DNA of 64,000 bases. It comes from an uncultured bacterium. GTDB lineage: Bacteria; Oederibacteriota; Oederibacteriia; Oederibacteriales; Oederibacteriaceae. Under the pieces are notes generated by a model. That model was given only the letters and a program-made list of their open reading frames with translations, made no database searches and was not told where the DNA came from. The DNA is taken from contig OZ218778.1 of NCBI GenBank assembly GCA_965112635.1, positions 1,536,001-1,600,000 of the forward strand, written 5' to 3'. The position numbers and the translations under genes were made by a program. Shown here piece by piece: positions 21,081 to 30,987 of this stretch (position 1 is the stretch's first letter; each line of letters begins with the position of its first letter).

Positions 21081-22657
21081 TTTTCCTCCATGTTTTCGTC
21101 AAAAGCCTGGTCCTGCTGGACGGTCAGCAGGGAGGTTTGGATAACCTCATTGTGGGCCGCAACCAGCGGTTTAGTTTCCACGGTGTAGCGGCTGACCAGG
21201 GGCTGGACCGAAGGCTCTATTTTATCCAGCAGACAGGAGGGATACAGGCCGATGGCGAATATCAGGACCACCAAAGAGGCCAGCAAAACGAATTCCCGGC
21301 CGTCAATATCCTTGAGCCCGGCCACGACCTCGTTGGTGACCTTGCCCAGCATGACTTTTTGGTACATGGTCAGGAGGTAGACGGCGGCCAGGATGACGCC
21401 CAGGGCCGCGACAGCAGTGAAATAAGGATGAGGTTTAAAGGTTCCCAGCAGGATGAGGAATTCACCGACAAAACCGTTGGTCGAGGGCAGGGCCAAAGAA
21501 GACAAGACGACCGGCAGGAAGAACAGGGCCAGTTTGGGCATGACCTTAGAGACCCCGCCCAACTTGCTGAGTTCCCTGGTATGCGTGCGCTCGTAAAGGA
21601 TGCCCACAATCAAAAAGAGCGCGCCCGTGGACAGGCCGTGGTTGACCATCTGCAGGACGCTTCCGGTCACACCCATCAGCCCCAGGGAGTAAACGCCCAG
21701 GATGACAAAGCCCATATGGCTCACGCTGGAGTAGGCCACCAGTTTTTTCAAGTCGGTCTGGACCATGACCATCATGGCGCCGTACACGATGCTGATGACG
21801 GCCAATGTCAGGACAATGGGAGAGACCAGGACCATGGCGGCCGGGAACAGGGGCAGACAAAAACGGATGAAGCCATAACCGCCCATCTTGAGCAGGACGC
21901 CGGCCAGGATGATGCTCCCGGCGGTCGGGGCCTCCACATGGGCGTCAGGCAGCCAGGTGTGCAGGGGGAAGAGCGGCACCTTGACGGCGAAAGCGAGGAA
22001 CAGTCCCCAAAAGAGCCACAACTGGACGGACGGGTCCAGGGGGGTTTCCAGGAGGCTGGGGATGTCGAAAGTGAACACCCGCGCTTCCTGGTGGTGCAGG
22101 TAGTAGAGGCAGATGAGGGCGACCAGCATGATGACGCTGCCCGCCATGGTATAGATGAAGAATTTTATGGTGGCATACACCCGGCGGGGCCCGCCCCAGA
22201 TGCCGATGAGGAAATACATGGGAATGAGGGTCAGTTCCCAAAATACATAGAAAAGGAACAGGTCGCTGCTGATAAAAACGCCGAGCAGGGCCGTGGTCAG
22301 GAGCAGCATCAGGAAGGAGAACCCCTTCAGGTGCGCGTCAATGGCTTTCCACGCCGAGAGATAGGCCACCGGCATGAGGTAGGCGGTCAAAAGCACGAGG
22401 AACAGGGAGATGCCGTCGATGCCCAGGGAATAGCTGATGCCGAACTCGGTGATCCAGGGTATTTTTTCGGTGAACTGCATACCGGCCATGCCCGGAGTCC
22501 AGTAAATATAAAGCAGGCTGGCCAGCCCCAGCTCGATCAACAGGACCGCGGAGGTAAAGATCTTGAGCAGGCCGGCCCTTTGCTTGTTTATCCCCAGGAG
22601 CAGGACGCATCCCGCGATGGGCCACCAGAGCAAAATGGAAAGGATAGGCAGGTTCAT
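21077..22657 (-). CDS. nuoM: NADH-quinone oxidoreductase subunit M
   Basis: 'FYVFWE', 'HTWLPDAHVEAPTAGS', 'KKLVAYSSVSHMG'; ATGA overlap with the nuoL stop. Confidence 0.96.
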   Translation of the reverse strand: MNLPILSILLWWPIAGCVLLLGINKQRAGLLKIFTSAVLLIELGLASLLYIYWTPGMAGMQFTEKIPWITEFGISYSLGIDGISLFLVLLTAYLMPVAYLSAWKAIDAHLKGFSFLMLLLTTALLGVFISSDLFLFYVFWELTLIPMYFLIGIWGGPRRVYATIKFFIYTMAGSVIMLVALICLYYLHHQEARVFTFDIPSLLETPLDPSVQLWLFWGLFLAFAVKVPLFPLHTWLPDAHVEAPTAGSIILAGVLLKMGGYGFIRFCLPLFPAAMVLVSPIVLTLAVISIVYGAMMVMVQTDLKKLVAYSSVSHMGFVILGVYSLGLMGVTGSVLQMVNHGLSTGALFLIVGILYERTHTRELSKLGGVSKVMPKLALFFLPVVLSSLALPSTNGFVGEFLILLGTFKPHPYFTAVAALGVILAAVYLLTMYQKVMLGKVTNEVVAGLKDIDGREFVLLASLVVLIFAIGLYPSCLLDKIEPSVQPLVSRYTVETKPLVAAHNEVIQTSLLTVQQDQAFDENMEEK

Positions 22658-24585
22658 CGGACACCCCACTCTATATAGAGGAACAGTAAAGCCGCGCCCA
22701 CGAGAAAACTCACGAGATAAGTATGGACCTGGCCGGTCTGCCAGCGGGAAGTCAGCCTGCTCAGAGAAGAGAACAGGGAGCCTGTTCCGTTGACCGCCCC
22801 GTCTATGACCAGGTCGTCAAAGTATTTACGGAGAGCCCTGCTTAGGGCATAGAGCGGCTTGACCACCAATACCTGGTAGATTTCGTCCACATAATACTTG
22901 TGCGTCAGCAGGCTGATGGTACCGCTGAAGACCGTGGACGATTTCCACAATCCTTTCAGGTACACCAGATAGGCGATATAAAAGGCCAGCAGGCTCAAGC
23001 CGAAATAAAGGACCATCAGGCCTAGGGTCATACTGGCTGAGGCCGGGTTGGCGGCTTCTCCAGGCAAGGCCAGGACAGGGTTTAAAAATTCCGCGAAATG
23101 CTGTGTGCCGGGTATAAAAGAGGGCAGGTTGATATACCCCCCGATAAAGGCAAAGAAACCCAGCACCATCAGAGGCAGGGTCATGACCAGCGGAGATTCG
23201 TGGGCATGGTCGTATAAATGCTGGTCGCGGTTCTCGCCGAAAAAGACCAAAAAGAGCATCCTGAAAACATACAGGTTGGTGAGCAGGGCGGTCAAAGCGG
23301 CCAGGAGCCACAGCCAGAAGCAGGCATGGGGGCCGGACCAGGTTTCCAGCAGTATCTCGTCCTTGCTGAAAAATCCGGAGAAACCCGGGATGCCGGCCAG
23401 GGCCAGGGCGCCGATGCCAAAGGTGTAAAAGGTCACAGGCATTTTTTTCCGCAAGCCGCCCATCTTGGTGATGTCCAGTTCGCCGGACAGGGCGTGCATG
23501 ACGCTGCCCGCGGCGAGGAACAAGAGGGCTTTGAAAAAGGCGTGGGTGAACAGGTGGAACATGGCCGGGGCGAAGGCGTAAACGCCCAGCCCCAGGAACA
23601 TGTAGCCGAGCTGGCTGATGGTGGAGTAGGCCAGGATACGCTTGAGGTCGTTCTGGAACAGGCCGATGGAAGCGGCCATAAAGGCCGTGACACAGCCGAC
23701 CATGGCGATGATGTCCATGGTCAGGGGAGCCTGGCTGAACAGCATGTGGTTGCGGGCGACCATGTAGATGCCGGCCGTGACCATGGTGGCGGCGTGGATG
23801 AGGGCGGATACCGGCGTGGGGCCTTCCATGGCGTCAGGCAGCCAGATGTGCAGGGGCAGCTGGGCGGACTTGCCCGTGGCGCCCAGGAACAACAGCAGGG
23901 TGATGAGCATTCCCAGGCCTTCCTTGCCGGCCAGGAGGGTGGGAGCCTGCTGGTTGACCTGGTCGAAATCCAAGGTCCCGAACGTATAAAAAACAAGGAA
24001 AATACCCAGCAAAAACCCGAAATCGCCGACCCGGTTGACGATAAAGGCTTTTTTCCCGGCGTTGGCTGCCGTGTCCTTTTCGAACCAGAAACCGATAAGG
24101 AGGTAGGAGCACAGGCCCACCAGCTCCCAGCCGATGAACATCACCAGGAAATTGGCGGCCAGCACCAGGACCAGCATGGAGCCGGTGAAAAGGTTCAAAA
24201 AGGCGAAGTATTTGTTGCGGCGTTCGTCTGAGGCCATGTAGCCGACCGAGTAGAGGTGGATGAAAAATCCCACGCCGGTGATGATGCAGGCCATCAGGAT
24301 GGACAGGGGGTCCAGGACGAATGAAAATCCGGCGGACAACCCGCTGACGCTGATCCACCGGAACCAGGTCTCGTGCATGGGAGAGTTGAGGTAGCTGTAG
24401 ACCCCTAGGGCAGTCAGGGAGGAAAGGAACGACAGCCCGACGCTGACGCAACCCACGATGCCGCCCAGCCGGTCAGACCTGTCCTTAAAAGCCAGGAATC
24501 CGTTGACCAGGGCTCCGGCCAGGGGCGGCAAAATGATCCATGCCGCTAAATAACTTATGACAGCTAGAAAGTTGAAAGAACCCAC
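22654..24585 (-). CDS. nuoL: NADH-quinone oxidoreductase subunit L
   Basis: 'KSAQLPLHIWLPDAMEGPTPVSALIHAATMV', 'FTHAFFKALLF'. Confidence 0.96.
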   Translation of the reverse strand: MGSFNFLAVISYLAAWIILPPLAGALVNGFLAFKDRSDRLGGIVGCVSVGLSFLSSLTALGVYSYLNSPMHETWFRWISVSGLSAGFSFVLDPLSILMACIITGVGFFIHLYSVGYMASDERRNKYFAFLNLFTGSMLVLVLAANFLVMFIGWELVGLCSYLLIGFWFEKDTAANAGKKAFIVNRVGDFGFLLGIFLVFYTFGTLDFDQVNQQAPTLLAGKEGLGMLITLLLFLGATGKSAQLPLHIWLPDAMEGPTPVSALIHAATMVTAGIYMVARNHMLFSQAPLTMDIIAMVGCVTAFMAASIGLFQNDLKRILAYSTISQLGYMFLGLGVYAFAPAMFHLFTHAFFKALLFLAAGSVMHALSGELDITKMGGLRKKMPVTFYTFGIGALALAGIPGFSGFFSKDEILLETWSGPHACFWLWLLAALTALLTNLYVFRMLFLVFFGENRDQHLYDHAHESPLVMTLPLMVLGFFAFIGGYINLPSFIPGTQHFAEFLNPVLALPGEAANPASASMTLGLMVLYFGLSLLAFYIAYLVYLKGLWKSSTVFSGTISLLTHKYYVDEIYQVLVVKPLYALSRALRKYFDDLVIDGAVNGTGSLFSSLSRLTSRWQTGQVHTYLVSFLVGAALLFLYIEWGVR

Positions 24586-24587
24586 GC

Positions 24588-24890
24588 CTATCCTTTCATT
24601 ATCTGTATGTCGTCCAAATCCACTTTACCCTGGCGACGGAAGATGGCCATGATGATGGCCAGGCCGATAGCCACTTCGGCGGCCGCCACGGCAATGACCA
24701 AAAAGGCCGTTACCTGGCCGTCCAAAGAGAACGAAAAACAGGAAAAAGAGACCAAAGACAAATTGACCGCGTTGAACATCATTTCGATGCACATAAAAAG
24801 CACCAGGGGGTTTTTGCGGATCATCACGCCGATCACGCCGAGCGTGAACAGGATGGCGCTCAAGATCTGGCACTGGGTCAGGGTGATCAT
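24588..24890 (-). CDS. nuoK: NADH-quinone oxidoreductase subunit K
   Basis: 100 aa, 3 TM, 'IEMMFNAVNL', 'AAAEVAIGLAI'. Confidence 0.95.
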   Translation of the reverse strand: MITLTQCQILSAILFTLGVIGVMIRKNPLVLFMCIEMMFNAVNLSLVSFSCFSFSLDGQVTAFLVIAVAAAEVAIGLAIIMAIFRRQGKVDLDDIQIMKG

Positions 24891-25414
24891 CGGCTGCCTC
24901 CTTGGCCCGCGGGGTCTTCGGGTTCCCGGGAGGCCAGCACCACCACGCCGATGATGGCCACGAGCAGGAGCACGGAAATGATCTCAAAGGGGAAAAGATA
25001 GTCCACGAAAAGCAGGCGTCCGACCGCCTTGGCGTTGTCCAGCAGGGCGTGGGCCGAGATGCCCTGGGCCAGGGGGGTCTGCAGGATGATGAGGAACAGG
25101 CTGGCCAGGACAATGAGGGAGCCAAAGGCGATGACCAAAACCCTGCCGAGGGTCAGGGAGGCCAGCCAGCCTTTTTCTTTTTCCGGGTTGATGAGCATGA
25201 TGGCGAAGAGGAAAAGGACGATGATGGCTCCGGCGTAGACCAGGAGCTGGACCATGGCGATCAAAAGAGCGTGGAGCAGGGCGTAAACAACAGCCAGGCA
25301 CAGGAACTGGGCGAGAAGCGCCAAGGCGCAGTTGACCGGGTCGCGGAACATGAGGACCAGCAGGCCGGAAATCACGGCGCCAACGGCGATAAATAAGAAA
25401 AAGCCTAGTTCCAT
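24887..25414 (-). CDS. nuoJ: NADH-quinone oxidoreductase subunit J
   Basis: 'QLLVYAGAIIVLFLF', 'PFEIISVLLLVAIIG'. Confidence 0.94.
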   Translation of the reverse strand: MELGFFLFIAVGAVISGLLVLMFRDPVNCALALLAQFLCLAVVYALLHALLIAMVQLLVYAGAIIVLFLFAIMLINPEKEKGWLASLTLGRVLVIAFGSLIVLASLFLIILQTPLAQGISAHALLDNAKAVGRLLFVDYLFPFEIISVLLLVAIIGVVVLASREPEDPAGQGGSR

Positions 25415-25758
25415 TTAAACCCTCCTTTGCGCCATATATAGAGGTAGCCGAAAACCAGGACCAGGATGAAAAAGGCTATTTCCACCAGGCCCACGAACCT
25501 GAGCTCCTGGTAAAGGATGGCCCAGGGGATGAGGAAGATGGTTTCCACGTCGAAGATGATGAAAAGCATGGCGATGAGATAGAATTTCGGCGTGGTCTGG
25601 GCGGGCAGGCCCGTGAGCGGCGTGCTGCCGCTTTCATAGGGCTCGTCCTTGACCGGGTTGGGCTTCTTAGGGCCGAGTATCCAGTTGGCGATGACCATAG
25701 CGGCGAACAAACCGGCTGAGCAGAGGAGCATGAGCGTCAGGGCCAGGGTGTTGCTCAT
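25405..25758 (-). CDS. nuoA: NADH-quinone oxidoreductase subunit A
   Basis: 'PYESG', 'FYLIAMLFIIFDVETIFLIPWA', 'YIWRKGGFKW'. Confidence 0.95.
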   Translation of the reverse strand: MSNTLALTLMLLCSAGLFAAMVIANWILGPKKPNPVKDEPYESGSTPLTGLPAQTTPKFYLIAMLFIIFDVETIFLIPWAILYQELRFVGLVEIAFFILVLVFGYLYIWRKGGFKWN

Positions 25759-26282
25759 CGGACCTCCTTGTCTTTGCCGGTCACGGAAGCGGGTTCCAGG
25801 GAGGAAAGCTTGGGGATGTCATAGATGAGCTTATCGAGCGAGTAATAGCCGTCAAACTCCACGATGGCCGTGTCCATGAAAATGGCCGCCTCAGGACAGG
25901 CCTCCACGCAAAACCCGCAGAACACGCACCGGCCCTCGTCGATCTCGAACTTGACCGGGTATTTCTCGACCTTGGGGTCGGGGTATTCACCGGCCACGAT
26001 ATTGATGCAGTCCGAGGGGCAGGCCGTGGCGCACATCATGCAGGCCACGCATTTCAGGGAGCCGTCCTCGCGCTTGGCCAAACGGTGCACGGTGCGGGAG
26101 ACCGGAGGGATGCGGCGGCGCTGCTCCGGATAGGAGATGGTGACGGCCGCTTCTTTGTCCTTGGCCAGGCCGAAAAGGTGCAGGGTGTGGAGGAAAAGGT
26201 TCTTGAAAAAGTGCTTGCTCGTGATCCATAAGCCCTGGACGATTTCCCTTATATAAAAGTTCTCAATTTTAAAATCTGACAT
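25755..26282 (-). CDS. nuoI: NADH-quinone oxidoreductase subunit I
   Basis: Two 4Fe-4S motifs 'CVACMMCATACP' and 'CVFCGFCVEACP'; 'TISYPE'. Confidence 0.94.
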   Translation of the reverse strand: MSDFKIENFYIREIVQGLWITSKHFFKNLFLHTLHLFGLAKDKEAAVTISYPEQRRRIPPVSRTVHRLAKREDGSLKCVACMMCATACPSDCINIVAGEYPDPKVEKYPVKFEIDEGRCVFCGFCVEACPEAAIFMDTAIVEFDGYYSLDKLIYDIPKLSSLEPASVTGKDKEVR

Positions 26283-26314
26283 AAAATGCTCCTTAACAGG
26301 CTGCTGAAAAATTT

Positions 26315-26370
26315 TAATAACTGTCCTTAAGCAGACTGTTACATCGCAAATCCGCAGGGATTTACGATGC
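26315..26370 (-). repeat. Dispersed ~55-bp hairpin repeat, copy A (nuoH-nuoI spacer)
   Basis: Minus strand GCATCGTAAATCCCTGCGGATTTGCGATGT...AGGACAGTTATTA aligns with 40658-40712. Confidence 0.6.
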
Positions 26371-26377
26371 TTGCAAT

Positions 26378-27520
26378 TTATTGCACTACCAAGCTGATAA
26401 TGATAGCCGTAACGAACAGATTAGCCAGCGCCAGAGGCCACATGAACTGCCAGCCTAGTTTCATGACCTGATCAAAACGAAATCTCGGCAAAGTCCAGCG
26501 CACCATCAAAGAGAACCAGCAAAAGAACGCGATCTTGGCGCAAAAGGCGAGGGACTGCAGGATGAATATCCACCATTGGTTGAGTGCCAGTGATATTCCC
26601 CAAGGAAAGATAAAGCCGGTGCTAGTGAGATAGGGGATCTTCCATCCGCCGAAGAACAGGATGACGGTCAGGGTGGAGAACAAAGTGACCTCCATGTATT
26701 CGGACATATAGAAAAGCCCGAACTCCATGCCGCTGTATTCCGTAAAATAGCCCACGATCTCGGACTCGCCTTCAGGCGTATCAAAAGGGATCCTCTTGTT
26801 CTCGGCCGTGACCGCGGCGTAGAACAGCAGAAAGGCCAGAGGCTGGGTGAGGATGCCCCATTGGGGCAGCCAGCCCCAGTAAAGGCCGGACTGGTATTCG
26901 ACCATTTGCCGCAGGTCCAAAGTCTTGTAGATCATCAGCAGGCCAATGACGGTCAATCCCAGGAAAACTTCGTAGGAAATGACCTGGGCCGCGGCGCGCA
27001 TACCGCCCAGAAAGGCGTATTTGCTCTTGGAGACCCAGCCGGCAATGACCAGGGAATACACGCCGATACCCAGGACGCCGAAGATAAAGAGCAGGCTCAG
27101 GTCCATGGGCGCGATGTCCAGGTTTACCTGCTTGCCCAGGATGTTCAGGCTGTCGCCGAAGGGGATGACGCTGAAAGAGAACAGGGCCGCTATGGCAGCC
27201 AGGAGGGGCGCGAGAAAATGCAGGAATGGATTGGCTTTGGGCGGCCGGTAACTTTCCTTGGTGAACATCTTGATGCCGTCAGCCACGGGCTGGAACAACC
27301 CAATAATGGTAAAGCCTAGGATGCCGGCGCGGTTGGGGCCGATCCTGTCCTGCACCAGGGCGCTTTGTTTCCGCTCCACCCAGGTGAGCAGGGCGGTCAC
27401 GCTCATGACCAGGGCTATCATAAACCCTATCTTGACCAGGACGATGGCCAGGTCCAGGAGGAAAAAATAGACGGGGTAGTATTTGGGCTGCATGAGTTCG
27501 TTGAGCAGGCTGTTAAGCAC
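26378..27520 (-). CDS. nuoH: NADH-quinone oxidoreductase subunit H
   Basis: 'WVERK...QDRIGPNR', 'QPVADGIKMFTKE', 'RIPFDTPEGESE', 'LPRFRFDQVM'. Confidence 0.96.
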   Translation of the reverse strand: MLNSLLNELMQPKYYPVYFFLLDLAIVLVKIGFMIALVMSVTALLTWVERKQSALVQDRIGPNRAGILGFTIIGLFQPVADGIKMFTKESYRPPKANPFLHFLAPLLAAIAALFSFSVIPFGDSLNILGKQVNLDIAPMDLSLLFIFGVLGIGVYSLVIAGWVSKSKYAFLGGMRAAAQVISYEVFLGLTVIGLLMIYKTLDLRQMVEYQSGLYWGWLPQWGILTQPLAFLLFYAAVTAENKRIPFDTPEGESEIVGYFTEYSGMEFGLFYMSEYMEVTLFSTLTVILFFGGWKIPYLTSTGFIFPWGISLALNQWWIFILQSLAFCAKIAFFCWFSLMVRWTLPRFRFDQVMKLGWQFMWPLALANLFVTAIIISLVVQ

Positions 27521-29144
27521 CTTTGTGCACCACCTTGGGCGATATTTGTTTTTCTAGGGGACCGAGCTGGCTGTAGCGGACACCGCTGAACAAGGGCACG
27601 GCCTTGCCTAAAGTTTCAAAAATGTCCCGGCTGTCGGCGAAATGCCAGCCCAAACCCAGACGCTGGGCCAGGGTATCCAAAATTTCGGTCAGGGTTTTGG
27701 CTCCCTCATAAGGGGCCAGGGCCTGGTACAGCCGCTGGACCCTGTTCTCAAAGTTGGTAAAGGTCCCGTCTTTTTCAGCGTAGACCGCCAGCGGCAGGAT
27801 GAGGTCGAATATCCTGGAATAAAGTTCGTTGGTGTGGCTCATCAGGGCGACCTTTTTGGTTATCTTGGACAGGGCCGGCTTCAAAAGGTCGAGTTCAAAG
27901 TAGTTCTCCAGGTCCACATCCAGCAGGATGAGGGTGTCTATCCTGCCCTGGTTGGCCTGTTCCAGGATATAGCGCGCGCCGGTCACAGGGTCGGCGTGGG
28001 CTGACTCGGCCAGGGCAATGGCGCCGGCCAGGTTGGGGCATTTGTCCTCTTTTATCAGCAGGCTGTCGGCTTTGCCTTTTTTGGACAGGCCGGCGCCGTA
28101 GTGGATCTGGCGGATGCCCAGGTCGAGCCTGAAAAATTTGTGCGCCAGCAAAAGTTCCTCATTGGTGAGATGCGGAGAGGCAATGATGGCGCAGCGGCTG
28201 CCCGCTTCGCCGTGCTTGAGGTCTTGGAAAAGGGCGGCCAGGCGGTCCATGGCCTGGTCCCAGGCGATAGTCTGCCAGGTGCCGGGCAACCAGGGCTGGG
28301 CCACCCGGTTCTGGTCGATCATGGGGGTGCTGTAACGGCCCTCGTCGCAGATCCACCAGCCATTGACCTGTTTATTCAACCGGGGTTTGATGCGGTAAAT
28401 CCTTTCCGTACCGACCTTGTTGCCCGGATTTTCGTTGGTATGCAGGTAGATATTGCAGCCGCGGGAACAGCCCGGGCAGATGGAGGCGGTCTCCTGGAGG
28501 TACCAGACCCGGGAGCGGAACCGGAACTGCTTGTCCGTCAGGGCGCCGACCGGGCAGATGTCCACCACATTGCCGGAGTAGCCGTTATCCAGCTTTTTGC
28601 CCTCGCAAAGGGAGATCTCGGACCAGGTGCCCCGGTTAAATATCCCGAGCTCGCCGGTCTTGGTGACCTCGGAGCAAAAACGGACACAGCGGGTGCACTG
28701 GATACAGCGTTCGGCGTCCAGCATCACATGGGGGCCGATATCCTGCACTTTGGGTTTCCTGATTTTGGGCACGGTCAGGCGGCTGGGCTGGCCTGAATAA
28801 TCCATATAGTAGTCCTGCAACCGGCATTCGCCGGAACAGTCGCAGATGGGGCAGTCGATGGGGTGGTTGACCAGCAGGAACTCCATCACATTTTTTTGGG
28901 CTTCCTTGACCTTGGGGGAATCGGTGTGGACCACCAGGCCCTCCGTGGCGATGAAGGTGCAGGAGGTCTGCAGGCCGCGGGCTTTTTCGACCTCGACCAT
29001 GCAGATACGGCAGTTGCCCGCGATGGACAGGGCGTCGTGGTAGCAGTAGTGGGGCATGGCCAGGCCGTTCTTTTGCATGGCCTGGAGGACCGTCATACCC
29101 TCCTCCGCCTGTATCTGTTTGCCGTCAACCGTTAAATTGACCAA
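27513..29144 (-). CDS. nuoG: NADH-quinone oxidoreductase subunit G (short form)
   Basis: 'HYCYH...AGNCRICMVE', 'NHPIDCPICD..GECRLQD', 'CIQCTRCVRFC', 'CPGCSRGC'. Confidence 0.92.
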   Translation of the reverse strand: MVNLTVDGKQIQAEEGMTVLQAMQKNGLAMPHYCYHDALSIAGNCRICMVEVEKARGLQTSCTFIATEGLVVHTDSPKVKEAQKNVMEFLLVNHPIDCPICDCSGECRLQDYYMDYSGQPSRLTVPKIRKPKVQDIGPHVMLDAERCIQCTRCVRFCSEVTKTGELGIFNRGTWSEISLCEGKKLDNGYSGNVVDICPVGALTDKQFRFRSRVWYLQETASICPGCSRGCNIYLHTNENPGNKVGTERIYRIKPRLNKQVNGWWICDEGRYSTPMIDQNRVAQPWLPGTWQTIAWDQAMDRLAALFQDLKHGEAGSRCAIIASPHLTNEELLLAHKFFRLDLGIRQIHYGAGLSKKGKADSLLIKEDKCPNLAGAIALAESAHADPVTGARYILEQANQGRIDTLILLDVDLENYFELDLLKPALSKITKKVALMSHTNELYSRIFDLILPLAVYAEKDGTFTNFENRVQRLYQALAPYEGAKTLTEILDTLAQRLGLGWHFADSRDIFETLGKAVPLFSGVRYSQLGPLEKQISPKVVHKGA

Positions 29145-29222
29145 AAGATGCTCCCTGCATTAATTTTCCTTCCGGGGAGATTTCTATTTAGGATTTAAGG
29201 AAATCTCCCGTCATATGACCAT

Positions 29223-30491
29223 TCAGGTCATATGACCCTTACAACCGCCCTCTTTGATGCGCTGTTCGAGTTCGGGACGGAATTTCTTTATTAAACTTTG
29301 GACAGGCATGGCCACCGCGTCGGAGAACTCGCAGATGGTCTTGCCGTGCATGCCATGGCAGATGCTGTCCATCAGGTCCAGATCGGAGCTTTGGCCCTGG
29401 CCGCTCCTCAATTTATCAGTGACGCGCTCCAGCCAGCCTGTGCCTTCGCGGCAGGGGGTGCACTGGCCGCAGGACTCATGGGCGTAAAACCGGGTGATCC
29501 ATTTCAGGGCATCCAGCATGCACGCCGTCTCATCAAAGACCATGACTGCTCCCGTACCCAGCGCTGAACCGGCTTTTTCCATGGAGGCAAAATCCATGGC
29601 CACGCTGATCTCGTTGGCCGCCAGGAACGGGGTGGAAGTCCCGCCGGGCAGGACCGCTTTGAGCTGGCGTCCCTGGGGGATGCCGCCGCCCCAGGTGTAG
29701 ATGAGCTCGCGGAGAGAAGTGCCGATGGGCAATTCATAAAGTCCCGGCCTGTTGATGTGGCCGCTCAGGCAATAGAGCTTGGTGCCGCCGTCATCCGGAA
29801 GGCCCTGGGCCAGGAACCACTGGCTGCCGTTCCTCATCACCGCGGGGAGGAAACTCAAGGTCTCCACATTGTTGACAATGGTCGGGTATTTATACAGGCC
29901 CTTGGTCGCGGACCGGGGAGGCTTGATGCGGGGAAAACCTTTTTTGCCCTCCAAGGATTCCAGCAGGGCCATGGCCTCCCCGCAAATGTAGGCGCCGGCC
30001 CCGGAATAGGTCTTGACCCGGACATTGGTGAAAGAACCGAGGATGTTGAGGCCCAGGAAACCCTTTTTCTCGGCCTCGGCGATGGCTTTGTCGATGACGC
30101 GGCGCTCCTCCACGAACTCGCCCCGGAAATAGATCCAGCATTCGTAAAACTCCAGGGCGTGGCAGGCGATGGCAATACCCTCCAAAAGCTGGTGGGGGGC
30201 CTTCAAAAGCAGGGCCCGGTCCTTGAAAGTGCCCGGCTCGCCCTCGTCCGCGTTGACGCACAGGTAACGGGGCAAAGACCTGTCCTTGTTGATAAATCCC
30301 CACTTGTCGCCGGCCGGGAAACCCGCGCCGCCGCGTCCGCGGATGCGGCTGTTCTTGACCTCTTCAGTCACTTTTTCCCGCGGCATGGCCAGGGCTTTTT
30401 TAAGTCCCTCGTAACCGCCCCGGCTGATATATCCGTCGATGGAGATGGTTTCCGGTTTGTCAAAGTCCTTGGTCAGGATAAGTTCAGACAT
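29223..30491 (-). CDS. nuoF: NADH-quinone oxidoreductase subunit F
   Basis: 'GRGGAGFP', 'NADEGEPGTFKDR', 'GAGAYICGE', 'ESCGQCTPCREG'. Confidence 0.96.
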   Translation of the reverse strand: MSELILTKDFDKPETISIDGYISRGGYEGLKKALAMPREKVTEEVKNSRIRGRGGAGFPAGDKWGFINKDRSLPRYLCVNADEGEPGTFKDRALLLKAPHQLLEGIAIACHALEFYECWIYFRGEFVEERRVIDKAIAEAEKKGFLGLNILGSFTNVRVKTYSGAGAYICGEAMALLESLEGKKGFPRIKPPRSATKGLYKYPTIVNNVETLSFLPAVMRNGSQWFLAQGLPDDGGTKLYCLSGHINRPGLYELPIGTSLRELIYTWGGGIPQGRQLKAVLPGGTSTPFLAANEISVAMDFASMEKAGSALGTGAVMVFDETACMLDALKWITRFYAHESCGQCTPCREGTGWLERVTDKLRSGQGQSSDLDLMDSICHGMHGKTICEFSDAVAMPVQSLIKKFRPELEQRIKEGGCKGHMT

Positions 30492-30987
30492 TTTTTTTCA
30501 TTCCTTCCAAAAGGCCGATGAGCTTTTCCGCGGTGAGCGGGCCCACGTACTGGTCGTTGAGCCGGGCCGCCGGCGCGATATCACAGGCGGCAAGGCATTC
30601 CACCCGTTCCAGGCTGATGAGCCCGTCCGGAGTGATGCCGCCGTTATCCAGGCCGTACTTGTTTTTGAGGGCCTGGGCCAGGGCCTCGGCGTTGTTCAGG
30701 CTGCAGGAGACATTGCGGCAAAGCTGGACATGGATGCGGCCGACCGGCTGGCGGTGGAAATGCTTGTAAAAGGTCAGTATCTCCCGGACCCGGCTCAGGG
30801 AAACTCCCATGACCTCAGCGACCATGGGTTCTACTGGGGCCGGGATATAACCCAGCTTTTTTTGCACCAGGTAGAGGATGGGCAGCATGGCCGTGGAGCG
30901 CTTTTCATACTGGCCGGCCAGTTTTTCCATTTCCGGTTTCAGGTCGGCCGGGATGGCTAGGTTGTTCCGGGTGCCGGATTGCGTCAT
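30484..30987 (-). CDS. nuoE: NADH-quinone oxidoreductase subunit E
   Basis: 2Fe-2S ligands 'CRNVSC' and 'ECLAAC'. Confidence 0.93.
   Translation of the reverse strand: MTQSGTRNNLAIPADLKPEMEKLAGQYEKRSTAMLPILYLVQKKLGYIPAPVEPMVAEVMGVSLSRVREILTFYKHFHRQPVGRIHVQLCRNVSCSLNNAEALAQALKNKYGLDNGGITPDGLISLERVECLAACDIAPAARLNDQYVGPLTAEKLIGLLEGMKKNV

Noticed and set aside
29174-29237. Inverted repeats between nuoF and nuoG (GGGAGATTTC/GAAATCTCCC; duplicated GTCATATGACC) as a mobile element
   Set aside because: Single occurrence and short; adequately explained as an intra-operon mRNA stem
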